NCBI GenBank assembly: GCA_934561395.1
Contig: CAKTGF010000004.1
Span: 170,936-234,935, forward strand
From: an uncultured Eubacterium sp.
Lineage (GTDB): Bacteria; Bacillota; Clostridia; Oscillospirales; Acutalibacteraceae
Length of the DNA: 64,000 nucleotides
Reading direction: 5' to 3'
This document shows, piece by piece, positions 17,841 to 26,785 of the stretch. Position numbers and translations under genes: made by a program. Numbering within the stretch: the stretch's first letter is position 1; the number at the start of each line of letters is the position of its first letter. The notes under the pieces are model-generated. The model searched no databases, was not told the origin of the DNA, and was given only the letters and a program-made list of their open reading frames with translations.

Positions 17841-19898
17841 TTACTCCTTATTCTGCTTTTGTTTTTTTATTAATTGCTGAATTATATATTTACCTGCAAC
17901 CTCGCCGTTTTTGCCGAAATTGGAAATATATGTGTTGCGAATGTTAAGTATTTTATCGGCATAGCTGTCCTTTTGCTCCAAAAGGCTCTGCGCCGCATTA
18001 TATGCCTTGCCTGCCTCGTTAACCTCCAGGCTTATGCCAACCTCATTTCTAAGCTTAATTTCCAAAGGCTCAATGCCGATTTGCTTATATTCCTTGTTCA
18101 TAACCTTCATGGGCGTGTTAATAAACAAGCAGGGCTTTAGGGTTACATAGGAATATTCAAAGGCAATTGCCGACCAATCGGTAATCAGCAGGTCTGACTG
18201 ATAAATTGAGTCGCTTGATGTGAAATCAAGCTCAAATTTTAAATCGTCGCCCTTATAGTCAGAGTATTTTTTAACAATTGCGTCAAGCCTTTGCGAATAA
18301 CGCTTAACATATTCGGGATGTGGGCGAACAATAATGTTAAGCCCCTTTCCCAAAAGGGAGGATAAAAGCTCATCCAGGCAAAGGTCAAGAATATTATCCT
18401 CCTGCCAGGAGGGTGCAACAAGCACCCGGGGTGTGCCCCCCTCTCGCCTTGGCATTTGGTCATACTGCTGCTTTAAAATCTCCAAAAAGCCGTAGCCTGC
18501 CATAACAAGGTTCTTTGGCGGTAGATTATAAATCTCCTCCTGCCTGCGGATTTCGGGAATTTGGAACTCACCTATGCAGAAGATAGTATCATAGCTGTCA
18601 AGGCTGTGGTTATTAAGCAAAAGGTGCGTGCTCATAGGGCCGTGCATAGTATAAATATACTCAATATCCTTGCGGATATATGAACGTTTGTAATGGAAAT
18701 TTTCAATATCCGGCATTGTCATTAAAACAATGTCAGCATCCATTTTCATAAACAGGGTTATAAGCTTTTTTTCGCCGATAAAATAGGGCCTTATCTTTGA
18801 ATTTTCCTTGGCTAAATTAAAAATATTATCATTAGGGTCGCTTGTAACATAATGGATAATAATATTTGAATTATTCAGTAAGTAATCAATAATTGTGCTG
18901 AAATATTTGTAATAGCCGTTCCGCTCGGAATAAATAACAAGGTGCTTGTTTGCAACGGAAAAGAATTTTTTATAATCTGCCTTTTCACGCCTGTAAAGCT
19001 GGCTGCCTACCTCAATTTTATTTTTTTGGCCCACGGAATCAATTTTTTCAAGCTCTTTTTTACTTTCCTCAAGAGCCTTATAGTCAATATATTTTTTAGG
19101 GTTTATTATTGCATTTAAAACCAGCTGTTGAACCATTGTGAACAGGTTGCTGAAAATCCAGTAAAGGCCGATGCCTGCCGGCACAAAGCCGCCGAGAACA
19201 AGTGAAATGCCAACCGAAAGTGCATTTGTAGCCAGCTGCTGAGCCCTGCCCTGCTCCGCCTGCAAGGGGTTCATTTTGTTTTGAAACAAGCACAGTGCCA
19301 AAGCGCAGCCCCCTGCTAAAACCGGAACCAAAAGCATTATTCCCCCTGCCGCAATAGGTGTGGAGGATAAATCAAAGCCCAAAAAGTTCATATCAAGGGC
19401 TTTTATTGCCGACAAATCGGTGCCGTCAACCGTAAATCCCTCCTGTATCGCTTTTACAACCGCAAGCTGAATTGAATTTGAGCTGCTGTCAAGTCCCATG
19501 CCGGCACAAACGGAATTAATAAGCGCCGAAGCGGTATTTTTATCCATAGCAAGCACATTGCTCAAGGGATTATAAATAATTTGAACAACGCACATTAACA
19601 GCACAAGCTGAATAACCATGGGCAGCATGCCTGCCAATGGGCGATATTTTTCTCTTTTATAAAGGCTTAACTGCTCCTCTGAAATTTTATCTTTTTCGCC
19701 GTAGTATTTGGCTTTAATCACATTAAGCTCGGGCTGGAGCTTAACAAGTTTTACAGAATTTTTATGGGTCCATAAGGAAACAGGAAGCATAACAACCTTT
19801 GTCAGCAGGGTAAATAAAATTATTGCCAGCCCGTAGTTTGACAGCAGGTTGTAGCAAAGCCGCATTATGTAACCGAAAGGATACGCTAAATACTCCAT
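17841..19898 (-). CDS. Fusion protein: N-terminal YidC/Oxa1-family membrane insertase domain plus C-terminal CDP-glycerol glycerophosphotransferase (TagB/TagF-like) domain
   Basis: Residues ~1-280 contain 'LQPELNVIKAKYYGEKDKISEEQLSLYKREKYRPLAGMLPMVIQLVLLM', matching the YidC/SpoIIIJ conserved region (LQPEM..KY....Q.E...LYK..G.NPLAGCLP..IQ). Residues ~300-685 contain 'YIYTMHGP', 'LVAPSW' and 'IVRPHP', the Glyphos_transf-type blocks of TagF-like enzymes. Confidence 0.65.
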   Translation of the reverse strand: MEYLAYPFGYIMRLCYNLLSNYGLAIILFTLLTKVVMLPVSLWTHKNSVKLVKLQPELNVIKAKYYGEKDKISEEQLSLYKREKYRPLAGMLPMVIQLVLLMCVVQIIYNPLSNVLAMDKNTASALINSVCAGMGLDSSSNSIQLAVVKAIQEGFTVDGTDLSAIKALDMNFLGFDLSSTPIAAGGIMLLVPVLAGGCALALCLFQNKMNPLQAEQGRAQQLATNALSVGISLVLGGFVPAGIGLYWIFSNLFTMVQQLVLNAIINPKKYIDYKALEESKKELEKIDSVGQKNKIEVGSQLYRREKADYKKFFSVANKHLVIYSERNGYYKYFSTIIDYLLNNSNIIIHYVTSDPNDNIFNLAKENSKIRPYFIGEKKLITLFMKMDADIVLMTMPDIENFHYKRSYIRKDIEYIYTMHGPMSTHLLLNNHSLDSYDTIFCIGEFQIPEIRRQEEIYNLPPKNLVMAGYGFLEILKQQYDQMPRREGGTPRVLVAPSWQEDNILDLCLDELLSSLLGKGLNIIVRPHPEYVKRYSQRLDAIVKKYSDYKGDDLKFELDFTSSDSIYQSDLLITDWSAIAFEYSYVTLKPCLFINTPMKVMNKEYKQIGIEPLEIKLRNEVGISLEVNEAGKAYNAAQSLLEQKDSYADKILNIRNTYISNFGKNGEVAGKYIIQQLIKKQKQNKE

Positions 19899-19908
19899 AA
19901 CTCCCCCA

Positions 19909-21654
19909 TCAATACCACTGATAATCAGATTTTATACGCTCGGCTATTTTCCAATTTGAAATATCCGTGGCGTCGCCCTCAATTGAATATTTGTTAAAGC
20001 AAAGCTTGTGCTCTGCCGGGCTGTAAACAGATTGATAAAAAGTTCTGCAGACATTTTCATTTTCGCCTATGTCAAAAACTCCCCTGCCGTAGCTGTTTTC
20101 GGTCTTTAAGCCTGCATCCTTAACAATTGTGGGGATTATATCGGCGGCGGAAACCTGGGCGTGTGAAACCGAAGAGCCCTCGGTATCTGTATTTCTCGGC
20201 TTAACCATAATGCAGGTTTTAACGCCGCTTTCAACCTGAGCGTCCAAATCCTCGGTTTCGGTGTATGGAATACCGTGGTCACCTGCAATTATAATTGTTG
20301 AATTGTCATAAACGCCCAGTTCTTTAAGCTGGTTTAAATATTCGTAAACCAATTTAAAACTGCCCTTTGTTTGGGATAATGAGGTTGCGTTTTCTGTTCT
20401 CTCGCAGTTTTCGTCAAGAACAAAGGGTGTGTGGCAGCCGTGAAGATACAAAAATGTGTAATTTTTATCGCTGCCTGAATCGCTTAAATTGTTTTCAGTG
20501 ATTAAATCGTAAAGTTTGGCGTCGTCATTAGCGTAAATGCCGTTTTCGCAGTTAAGCTTTGACAGATTGTTAGTTCTGCCGGTGTTTGCGTTTTCATACA
20601 TCTGACTTGTTAAGGTCATTGAAAATGAGCGTGCAAAGGAAAGTTCAGTTAAATATTTGAATATATCGGTTTTATTTGGGGTGTAGCCCTCAACCTTTTC
20701 AACATTATCGGCAATTCCGTTAAAGCTTGACGCATCGGAATAAACATAATATCTGTCGGCATAAACGCTTACGCTGTAGCCGTTATTTTTTAAATCCTTT
20801 AAAAACGGCGAGGTTTGGTATGCCTCGTCAAAATACTCGGTGGGCGAGCATTGCAGGCTGTATTCAACGCCGGAAATCATATAGGGCACACCGGGAAATG
20901 TGCGGGTATACATTGATGTGGCGTTGTCAAAAATCGTAAAGCCGTCAAGATCGTCAAAAAAGCTTGGGTCATCCTTAATAACATTTTCGTAATAAGTGGT
21001 ATCAAATCTGTCAAACAATATGTAAATGATATTTTCCTTTTCCGACGCCTTGGTAATATCCTTTTGCGACAGCACATATTCGGTATTTATTCCCTTATCG
21101 GAAAACAGGTTGTATTTGGTAAAATCGGTAACAAGGCTTGCACCGTTCATTACTATGAGCAAAACGCTTAAGTAAATAACAACCTTTTTCCAAACATTCA
21201 TCAGCAGCCCTGAAACAAGAACTATTGCCAGAATAATTATAACATAAATTATAAATGACAGAACAAGGTCGCCGTAGCTTGCGTTTTTAGCGTCGCCCGA
21301 AACAACGGTAACAGCCTTAACGCACAGGTTATCAAAATAGCTGGCAACTATAATTGAAAAAGCAAGAGCTGAAAGCATATTCAGCAAATATCTGTTAAAC
21401 AGCATTAAAAAGCCAAACAGCAGTGCAAAGCCTATAACAAAGCTTAACACCACCAAGCCGATTATATCGCTGAAAGAAAAGGCAAACTCACGCATATTAT
21501 TTGCGTAAATATCAATAGGACCGAAAAGTAAAAATACAAAGGACATTGTAAGTGAGGTCAAAGCCGCAATTATTGCCTTTTCCTTTGTTGAATATTTACT
21601 GAATTTTGGTTTTGAGGAATTTTCTTTGTCTTTCTCTGCTTTACCGAATTTCAT
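19909..21654 (-). CDS. LtaS-like polyglycerolphosphate transferase / sulfatase-family membrane protein
   Basis: A 5-TM N-terminal region followed by an extracytoplasmic alkaline-phosphatase-like domain ('LYLHGCHTPF', 'IIIAGDHGIP'). Confidence 0.6.
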   Translation of the reverse strand: MKFGKAEKDKENSSKPKFSKYSTKEKAIIAALTSLTMSFVFLLFGPIDIYANNMREFAFSFSDIIGLVVLSFVIGFALLFGFLMLFNRYLLNMLSALAFSIIVASYFDNLCVKAVTVVSGDAKNASYGDLVLSFIIYVIIILAIVLVSGLLMNVWKKVVIYLSVLLIVMNGASLVTDFTKYNLFSDKGINTEYVLSQKDITKASEKENIIYILFDRFDTTYYENVIKDDPSFFDDLDGFTIFDNATSMYTRTFPGVPYMISGVEYSLQCSPTEYFDEAYQTSPFLKDLKNNGYSVSVYADRYYVYSDASSFNGIADNVEKVEGYTPNKTDIFKYLTELSFARSFSMTLTSQMYENANTGRTNNLSKLNCENGIYANDDAKLYDLITENNLSDSGSDKNYTFLYLHGCHTPFVLDENCERTENATSLSQTKGSFKLVYEYLNQLKELGVYDNSTIIIAGDHGIPYTETEDLDAQVESGVKTCIMVKPRNTDTEGSSVSHAQVSAADIIPTIVKDAGLKTENSYGRGVFDIGENENVCRTFYQSVYSPAEHKLCFNKYSIEGDATDISNWKIAERIKSDYQWY

Positions 21655-21800
21655 TTATTACTCCCAAATACCGACAGTAATTTGTGCACCAAGCACGAGG
21701 CTGTCTTTAGATAATATATTGATTATAGCATAAATACACAAATCAGTAAAGAAAGTTTATTAATAATTTACAGTAATTATGTAATATGCACAAATAAACA

Positions 21801-21831
21801 TAAAAAAGACCGACTGATTAAACAGTCGGTC
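21801..21831 (-). terminator. Rho-independent terminator of the radical SAM gene
   Basis: A GACCGACTG/CAGTCGGTC stem. On the minus strand it is followed by a T-run (A-run 21801-21807 on the plus strand). Confidence 0.75.
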
Positions 21832-21846
21832 AAGGTTAAAAACAAT

Positions 21847-22458
21847 TTATCTGCCCCTTGCAAAAGAACGCAAAACAAATTTTGCACCAAGGCTTTCGCA
21901 TATTTCTCTTGATTTTTCAATATTTTCCTTGCTGATAACATCCACAACGGTCATGTGCACCTCGTTGCCGCAGGCAACACATTCCTTGGTAAACTTAATC
22001 ATAGCGTCAAAGGCCTTACCCTTAAATATATTTCGGGTAATTTTGTCATACTGCTGGGAATCGGGATTGTTAAGTGACACCGAAATAATATCAATAACAC
22101 TGCATATTTCTTTAGCGGTGGGTCTTTCGTTAATTAAGTCTGAAAGGCCGTTGGTGTTAATTCTCAGCTTAATGCCGGGCTTTTTAGCCTTAACATAGCG
22201 AGCAGCCTCAAGCAAATTATCAAGGGCATTTGTGGGTTCGCCGTAGCCGCAGAATACAGCCTCGTTTACATTTGAAAAATCATAATTATCAATTGCGGCC
22301 TTAATTTCCTCAATTGTGGGCTCCTCGTCAAACCAAAGCCTTTCGGCATCGCCCACAGCGTCGCCCTTTGAGCGAATACAAAAGGCACAGTTACAGGGGC
22401 ATTTGTTGGTTATGTTAAAGTATGTTCCGCCCTCAAGAGTATAAATAATATCTGCCAT
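21847..22458 (-). CDS. Small single-domain radical SAM protein
   Basis: 203 aa with a CX3CX2C cluster 'CPCNCAFC' near the N-terminus and a 'GYGEPT' SAM-binding-like motif. Confidence 0.55.
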   Translation of the reverse strand: MADIIYTLEGGTYFNITNKCPCNCAFCIRSKGDAVGDAERLWFDEEPTIEEIKAAIDNYDFSNVNEAVFCGYGEPTNALDNLLEAARYVKAKKPGIKLRINTNGLSDLINERPTAKEICSVIDIISVSLNNPDSQQYDKITRNIFKGKAFDAMIKFTKECVACGNEVHMTVVDVISKENIEKSREICESLGAKFVLRSFARGR

Positions 22459-22469
22459 AAAGTATCACC

Positions 22470-22973
22470 TTAATTCAACTTAATTTTAGACTTGATTTTA
22501 ACGCCATCAAGCGCAAGAGCAAGCACAATAAAGATAATTGCGCTGCCAACTGCCTGAATAACATTGCCGGGTATATCAACCACAGCGTAGGACTTGTCAA
22601 TAATCAAATCTGCAATATAATATCCGCCAACAGTAATCAAGCCTGCGGGAATTGTCATTAAAGCAGAAACAGGCGTTAAAATCTTTTCACTCTTCTTTGT
22701 TGTCAAAACAAAAATAAGTGCTAAAAGAGATTTGCTGATAATAGTTGCCGGTGCGTATGAAAAATATCCCCCTACAATATCTGCAAGGCCCTCGCCGATT
22801 GCAGCTGCAAGCACAGCCCAAGGGCCGCCGACTACCGATGCACAAATATAAACAAGTGCGTCGCCAAAATGAACATATCCCGATGCAACAGGCACCTTAA
22901 CAAACATTGTGAGCACAAAAATCATTGCTGCAAACATGGCTGAAACCGCCATCTTTTTAACCTTACTATTCAT
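22470..22973 (-). CDS. ECF-transporter substrate-specific (S) component, substrate unknown (QueT/FolT/PdxU-like)
   Basis: ~167 aa with 5-6 TM segments and 'VHFGDALVYICASVVGGPWAVLAAAIGEGLADIVGGY', typical of group-II ECF S components. The likely start is MNSKVKK, inside the longer track ORF. Confidence 0.6.
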   Translation of the reverse strand: MNSKVKKMAVSAMFAAMIFVLTMFVKVPVASGYVHFGDALVYICASVVGGPWAVLAAAIGEGLADIVGGYFSYAPATIISKSLLALIFVLTTKKSEKILTPVSALMTIPAGLITVGGYYIADLIIDKSYAVVDIPGNVIQAVGSAIIFIVLALALDGVKIKSKIKLN

Positions 22974-23086
22974 AATTAGCTCCTCAAACAGTTGAAAAAT
23001 CAGCTTGCCTTTTATTAAAGAATAGTATATAATAACCCCGTGTATAATTAAATGCACAATATTGTTATTTTTTTAAGGTACAGTTT

Positions 23087-24358
23087 ATGAGCAAGTATTT
23101 GGAAATTTTCAATTATTTTAAAGACAGAATATTATCATCCCAGCTTCGTGCCGGTGATAAATTACCCTCGGTGCGCAGTGCCGTTAACATTTTCGGCGTG
23201 AGCAAAACCACAATACTCAATGCCTATTTTGCCCTGCAGGCAGACGGATATATTTTAGCCTCGGCAGGCAGCGGATATTATGTTGCGGATATTGCAAAGC
23301 CCGGCATTGCGGCAGCGGATATGCACATTGACCGCAACCAAGAATCAAAAATCAAATACGATTTAAAAAGCGGCGACGCAGACGCTGAAAGCTTTGATAT
23401 TAGGCTGTGGCAACGCTACATAAAAAATGCGTTAAGGCAGCAGGACAGGCTGTTGTCATACAGCGAGGTTCAGGGAGAGGCGGATTTAAGAGAGACTCTT
23501 TGCGACTACATAAGAGAAAAGCGAAATGTTATCGCATCCCCCGACCAAATTGTTGTGGGCGCAGGGGTTCAAAACCTGCTTTACATACTCTGCTCGCTTA
23601 CTAAAGACAAAAAAACTGTTTCATTCCCTGACGAAAGCTTTTTTCAGGGAATGTCAATATTCAAAAACTTCGGTTATGAGGTTCATACAAGGTATAAGGA
23701 TGCGGATATTATTTATGTTTCCCCCTCACACATGACAAATTACGGCGATGTAATGCCCATAAAAAGGCGCCTGGAGCTGACAAAATACAGCGAGCAAAAC
23801 CACAGCCTTGTTATTGAGGATGATTACGACAATGATTTTATGTATCAGTCAAAGCCCACACCCTCATTGTTTGCACTGTCAAACGCAGGTAATGTTGTAT
23901 ATATGGGCTCGTTTTCAAATGTGCTTATACCCGGTATCAGAATTTCATTTATGGTGCTGACCCGTGAGCTTACAAAAACATTTGCGAAAAACAAGGAGCA
24001 GTTTGCCCAGGCGGCAAGCAAAACCGAGCAAATTGCCCTTTGCGGCTATATCAGGGACGGGCACATTAAAACCCAAAGCAGAAAGATAAGGAGGCTTTAC
24101 ACCGCAAAAACCAAGCAATTTTATGAAATATTGAAAAAAGAGCTGCCAAATGCCAAATGCTCCATAGGCGAAAACGGCTTGCAGGTTAAGCTTGAAAGCG
24201 ATTTTAACAAGGATTTAAGCGTTTTTGAGAAAAACGGAATAAGCGTTAACATTAAAAGCTGCAAAAACGGCCGTATTCAGCTTATTTTAACCTCCTCGGC
24301 AATTGCGCAGGACGATTTAGAGGCCGCCGCAAAGGCACTTAAGGCTGCGCTGTTGTAA
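23087..24358 (+). CDS. MocR/PdxR-subfamily GntR transcriptional regulator with a fused PLP-dependent aminotransferase-like domain
   Basis: N-terminal winged HTH ('LPSVRSAVNIFGVSKTTILNAYFALQADGYI') plus a ~330-aa class-I aminotransferase-fold C-terminal domain. It is divergent from the ECF S / radical SAM pair. Confidence 0.8.
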   Translation: MSKYLEIFNYFKDRILSSQLRAGDKLPSVRSAVNIFGVSKTTILNAYFALQADGYILASAGSGYYVADIAKPGIAAADMHIDRNQESKIKYDLKSGDADAESFDIRLWQRYIKNALRQQDRLLSYSEVQGEADLRETLCDYIREKRNVIASPDQIVVGAGVQNLLYILCSLTKDKKTVSFPDESFFQGMSIFKNFGYEVHTRYKDADIIYVSPSHMTNYGDVMPIKRRLELTKYSEQNHSLVIEDDYDNDFMYQSKPTPSLFALSNAGNVVYMGSFSNVLIPGIRISFMVLTRELTKTFAKNKEQFAQAASKTEQIALCGYIRDGHIKTQSRKIRRLYTAKTKQFYEILKKELPNAKCSIGENGLQVKLESDFNKDLSVFEKNGISVNIKSCKNGRIQLILTSSAIAQDDLEAAAKALKAALL

Positions 24359-24467
24359 ATTTACTGTCCTGTTTTTTAGACTGTACCCCGCTCTTATATT
24401 GCATTAAGACTCTCCTTGATTTACAATGCAATCACAGACAAAAACAAGCCGTAAGGAGGGCACAGTT

Positions 24468-24755
24468 ATGAAAAACATTTTAAAAGCAATCAAGGGCACA
24501 GCAGTATCGGCACTTATTATTTTGGCAGGGTTTTTAGCCATGGTTATCCCCTTTAACCTTTTTGACGAGCTGAGTTCACGGGCAATGAGCATTATATTTT
24601 TCGGCGAAATCGCAGTTTTCATTGTCTTGGGATTTGCATATCTTATCCATAAGGAATTAACTCAAAAAAGAAAATATCAGGAAAAAATCCGCTGTGAAAG
24701 GCGCCAAAGAAAAATTGAAGAAAACAACAAACAATGGCTTAACATAGCCGCATAA
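24468..24755 (+). CDS. Small two-TM membrane protein (hypothetical)
   Basis: AAGGAGGG RBS 7 nt upstream of ATG. Two hydrophobic helices and a basic tail. A terminator follows. Confidence 0.45.
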   Translation: MKNILKAIKGTAVSALIILAGFLAMVIPFNLFDELSSRAMSIIFFGEIAVFIVLGFAYLIHKELTQKRKYQEKIRCERRQRKIEENNKQWLNIAA

Positions 24756-24780
24756 AAAAAGCCCTTAGGGGCTTTTTTTC
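24752..24780 (+). terminator. Rho-independent terminator
   Basis: AAAAAAAGCCC-TTAG-GGGCTTTTTTT hairpin. Confidence 0.8.
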
Positions 24781-24828
24781 TTTACTTTAAAGGCTGTGCT
24801 GTGTTAAAATACTTTCAGAGGTGATTTT

Positions 24829-26652
24829 ATGAGGCTAAAGAAAGTATTATCCGCTTTTTTATCCGCAGTCTTAGTAACAACCGCCTGGGCAATGCCCGTT
24901 TCCTCAAAGTCGGCAACGGCAGCGAGCACAGGCTCAAACCCTGTAATTAAGGGCTATTATGCCGACCCCGATATTGATTGGTTCGACTGCAAATTTTGGA
25001 TGTTCCCAACAACCGATGGTATTATTGACGAAAAGGACGGCTGGTGGGGCTCAAAAACCTTTAAGGCATTTTCCTCCGAGGATATGGTAAATTGGAAGGA
25101 CAACGGAGTTATTTTGGATGTTGAGGCCGACAATGCCGAAGAGGCCGGAGTTAACGAAAACGGCGTACAAATTGCTTATTCCCCATGGTCATACGGCCAC
25201 GCCTGGGCGCCGTCAATTGAAAAAGTGGGCGGCAAATACTATTTTTACTATGTTGCCGCAGTAAAGCCGGAGCTGCAAAACAAATATTGCGCCTGGATAG
25301 ACGAATACACCGACGACAACGGTAATATTGTTAAGGCCCATTATGTGGATGACAAAGCAATAGGCGTTGCTTGGGCAAATTCCCCCACGGGCCCTTACAC
25401 CGCCCTTGAGGATCCGCTGATTTACGGCAAGATGATACAGGACAAATTCGGCAACGATAAAATACCAAGCGTTATTGACCCGTCAATTTTTATGGATGAT
25501 GACGGCAGCGCTTATTTAACCTTCGGCAATTGGTATCCGTATATTGTAAAACTTAATGACGATATGATGAGCCTTGACGAAAGCGTGTTTAAAATTGTAA
25601 GCGGAATACCCATGGGCTGGCATGAGGGCGGCTTTATGGAGTCCCTTGTAATATTCAAAAAGGACGGCAAGTATTATTTTACATGGTCGTCAAACGGCAC
25701 GGCAGATGAAAACTACTGCGTTTACTACGCAACGGCAACTAAAATCACAAACAGGGTTAACGCCCCAAGCTTAATGCTGAAAAAAGATACTAAAAACGGC
25801 ATTTACGGCACCGGGCACCAGTCAATATTATATCTGCCCACAAACAACACCTACTACATTGCCTACGGCAGGCTAAAGGCCAATGCAGACGGCTCCCTTA
25901 CCGACAGTGCAGACCGTGGCAATTACAGAGAATGTTGCATTGACAAAATCACATTTAATGAGTATAACGAGGCGAGCGTAAAGCCCACAAACAAGGGCGT
26001 TGGCAAGGTTACAGCCCACAATTTAGGCGCAAGCATTACCAAAACAAAGGTAAAAAGTCCTGCAACAACAAGCGCAGACGGTATTTTTTACGAATATCAC
26101 AAGTGCAAAAGCTGCTCTAAGGAGCTGTATTCCGCCGTTAAAATCAAGAAAATTTCAAGCGTTTCCCTTTACAGCACCGTGTTCACATATAACGGCAAAG
26201 CACAAAAGCCCACCGTTATTGTTAAGGACAGCAGCGGTAACAAAATACCTGCAAGCTATTATTCAGTAACCTATACCAACAACAAAAATATTGGCACCGC
26301 AACCGCAACAATCAAATTTAAGGGCAAATATTCCGGCACAGTTAAAAGGAGTTTTACCATAAAGCCCAAGGGCACGGAAATCAGCAAATTTACCGCTGTT
26401 AAGGGCGGCGTTAAAGTATCGTGGAAAAAGCAGAGCACCCAAACAAGCGGTTATCAAATAAGATACAGCACCTCGGCAAAAATGAGCGGTGCAAAAGCTT
26501 ACACAATCGCAAAAAACACAATCCTTTCAAAAACGGTAACAAAGCTTTCAAAAAACAAGCGTTACTATTTTCAGGTAAGAACCTATAAGGTTGTAAACGG
26601 CAAAAAGTATTACTCCTCTTGGAGCAATGCTAAATCGGTTATAATGAAATAA
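24829..26652 (+). CDS. Secreted GH43-family glycoside hydrolase (xylosidase/arabinofuranosidase type) with a C-terminal Ig-like domain and a lysine-rich Fn3-like domain
   Basis: Signal peptide 'MRLKKVLSAFLSAVLVTTAWA'. GH43 N-terminal 'GYYADPDIDWF' carries the catalytic Asp context, with the beta-propeller block further in. The C-terminal ~100 aa ('SGYQIRYSTSAKMSGAK...KRYYFQVRTYK') are shared with the giant surface protein. Confidence 0.7.
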   Translation: MRLKKVLSAFLSAVLVTTAWAMPVSSKSATAASTGSNPVIKGYYADPDIDWFDCKFWMFPTTDGIIDEKDGWWGSKTFKAFSSEDMVNWKDNGVILDVEADNAEEAGVNENGVQIAYSPWSYGHAWAPSIEKVGGKYYFYYVAAVKPELQNKYCAWIDEYTDDNGNIVKAHYVDDKAIGVAWANSPTGPYTALEDPLIYGKMIQDKFGNDKIPSVIDPSIFMDDDGSAYLTFGNWYPYIVKLNDDMMSLDESVFKIVSGIPMGWHEGGFMESLVIFKKDGKYYFTWSSNGTADENYCVYYATATKITNRVNAPSLMLKKDTKNGIYGTGHQSILYLPTNNTYYIAYGRLKANADGSLTDSADRGNYRECCIDKITFNEYNEASVKPTNKGVGKVTAHNLGASITKTKVKSPATTSADGIFYEYHKCKSCSKELYSAVKIKKISSVSLYSTVFTYNGKAQKPTVIVKDSSGNKIPASYYSVTYTNNKNIGTATATIKFKGKYSGTVKRSFTIKPKGTEISKFTAVKGGVKVSWKKQSTQTSGYQIRYSTSAKMSGAKAYTIAKNTILSKTVTKLSKNKRYYFQVRTYKVVNGKKYYSSWSNAKSVIMK

Positions 26653-26785
26653 AAATCAGGTTTCAAAAAATTCGTTAATTAATTGTCCATATATGTTAAG
26701 AATTACTAAAAATAGCGAAAAGGTATTGACAAAAAATTAACAAGTGATAAAATCATATAAAAACAAATGATTAGAGGTAATAATT

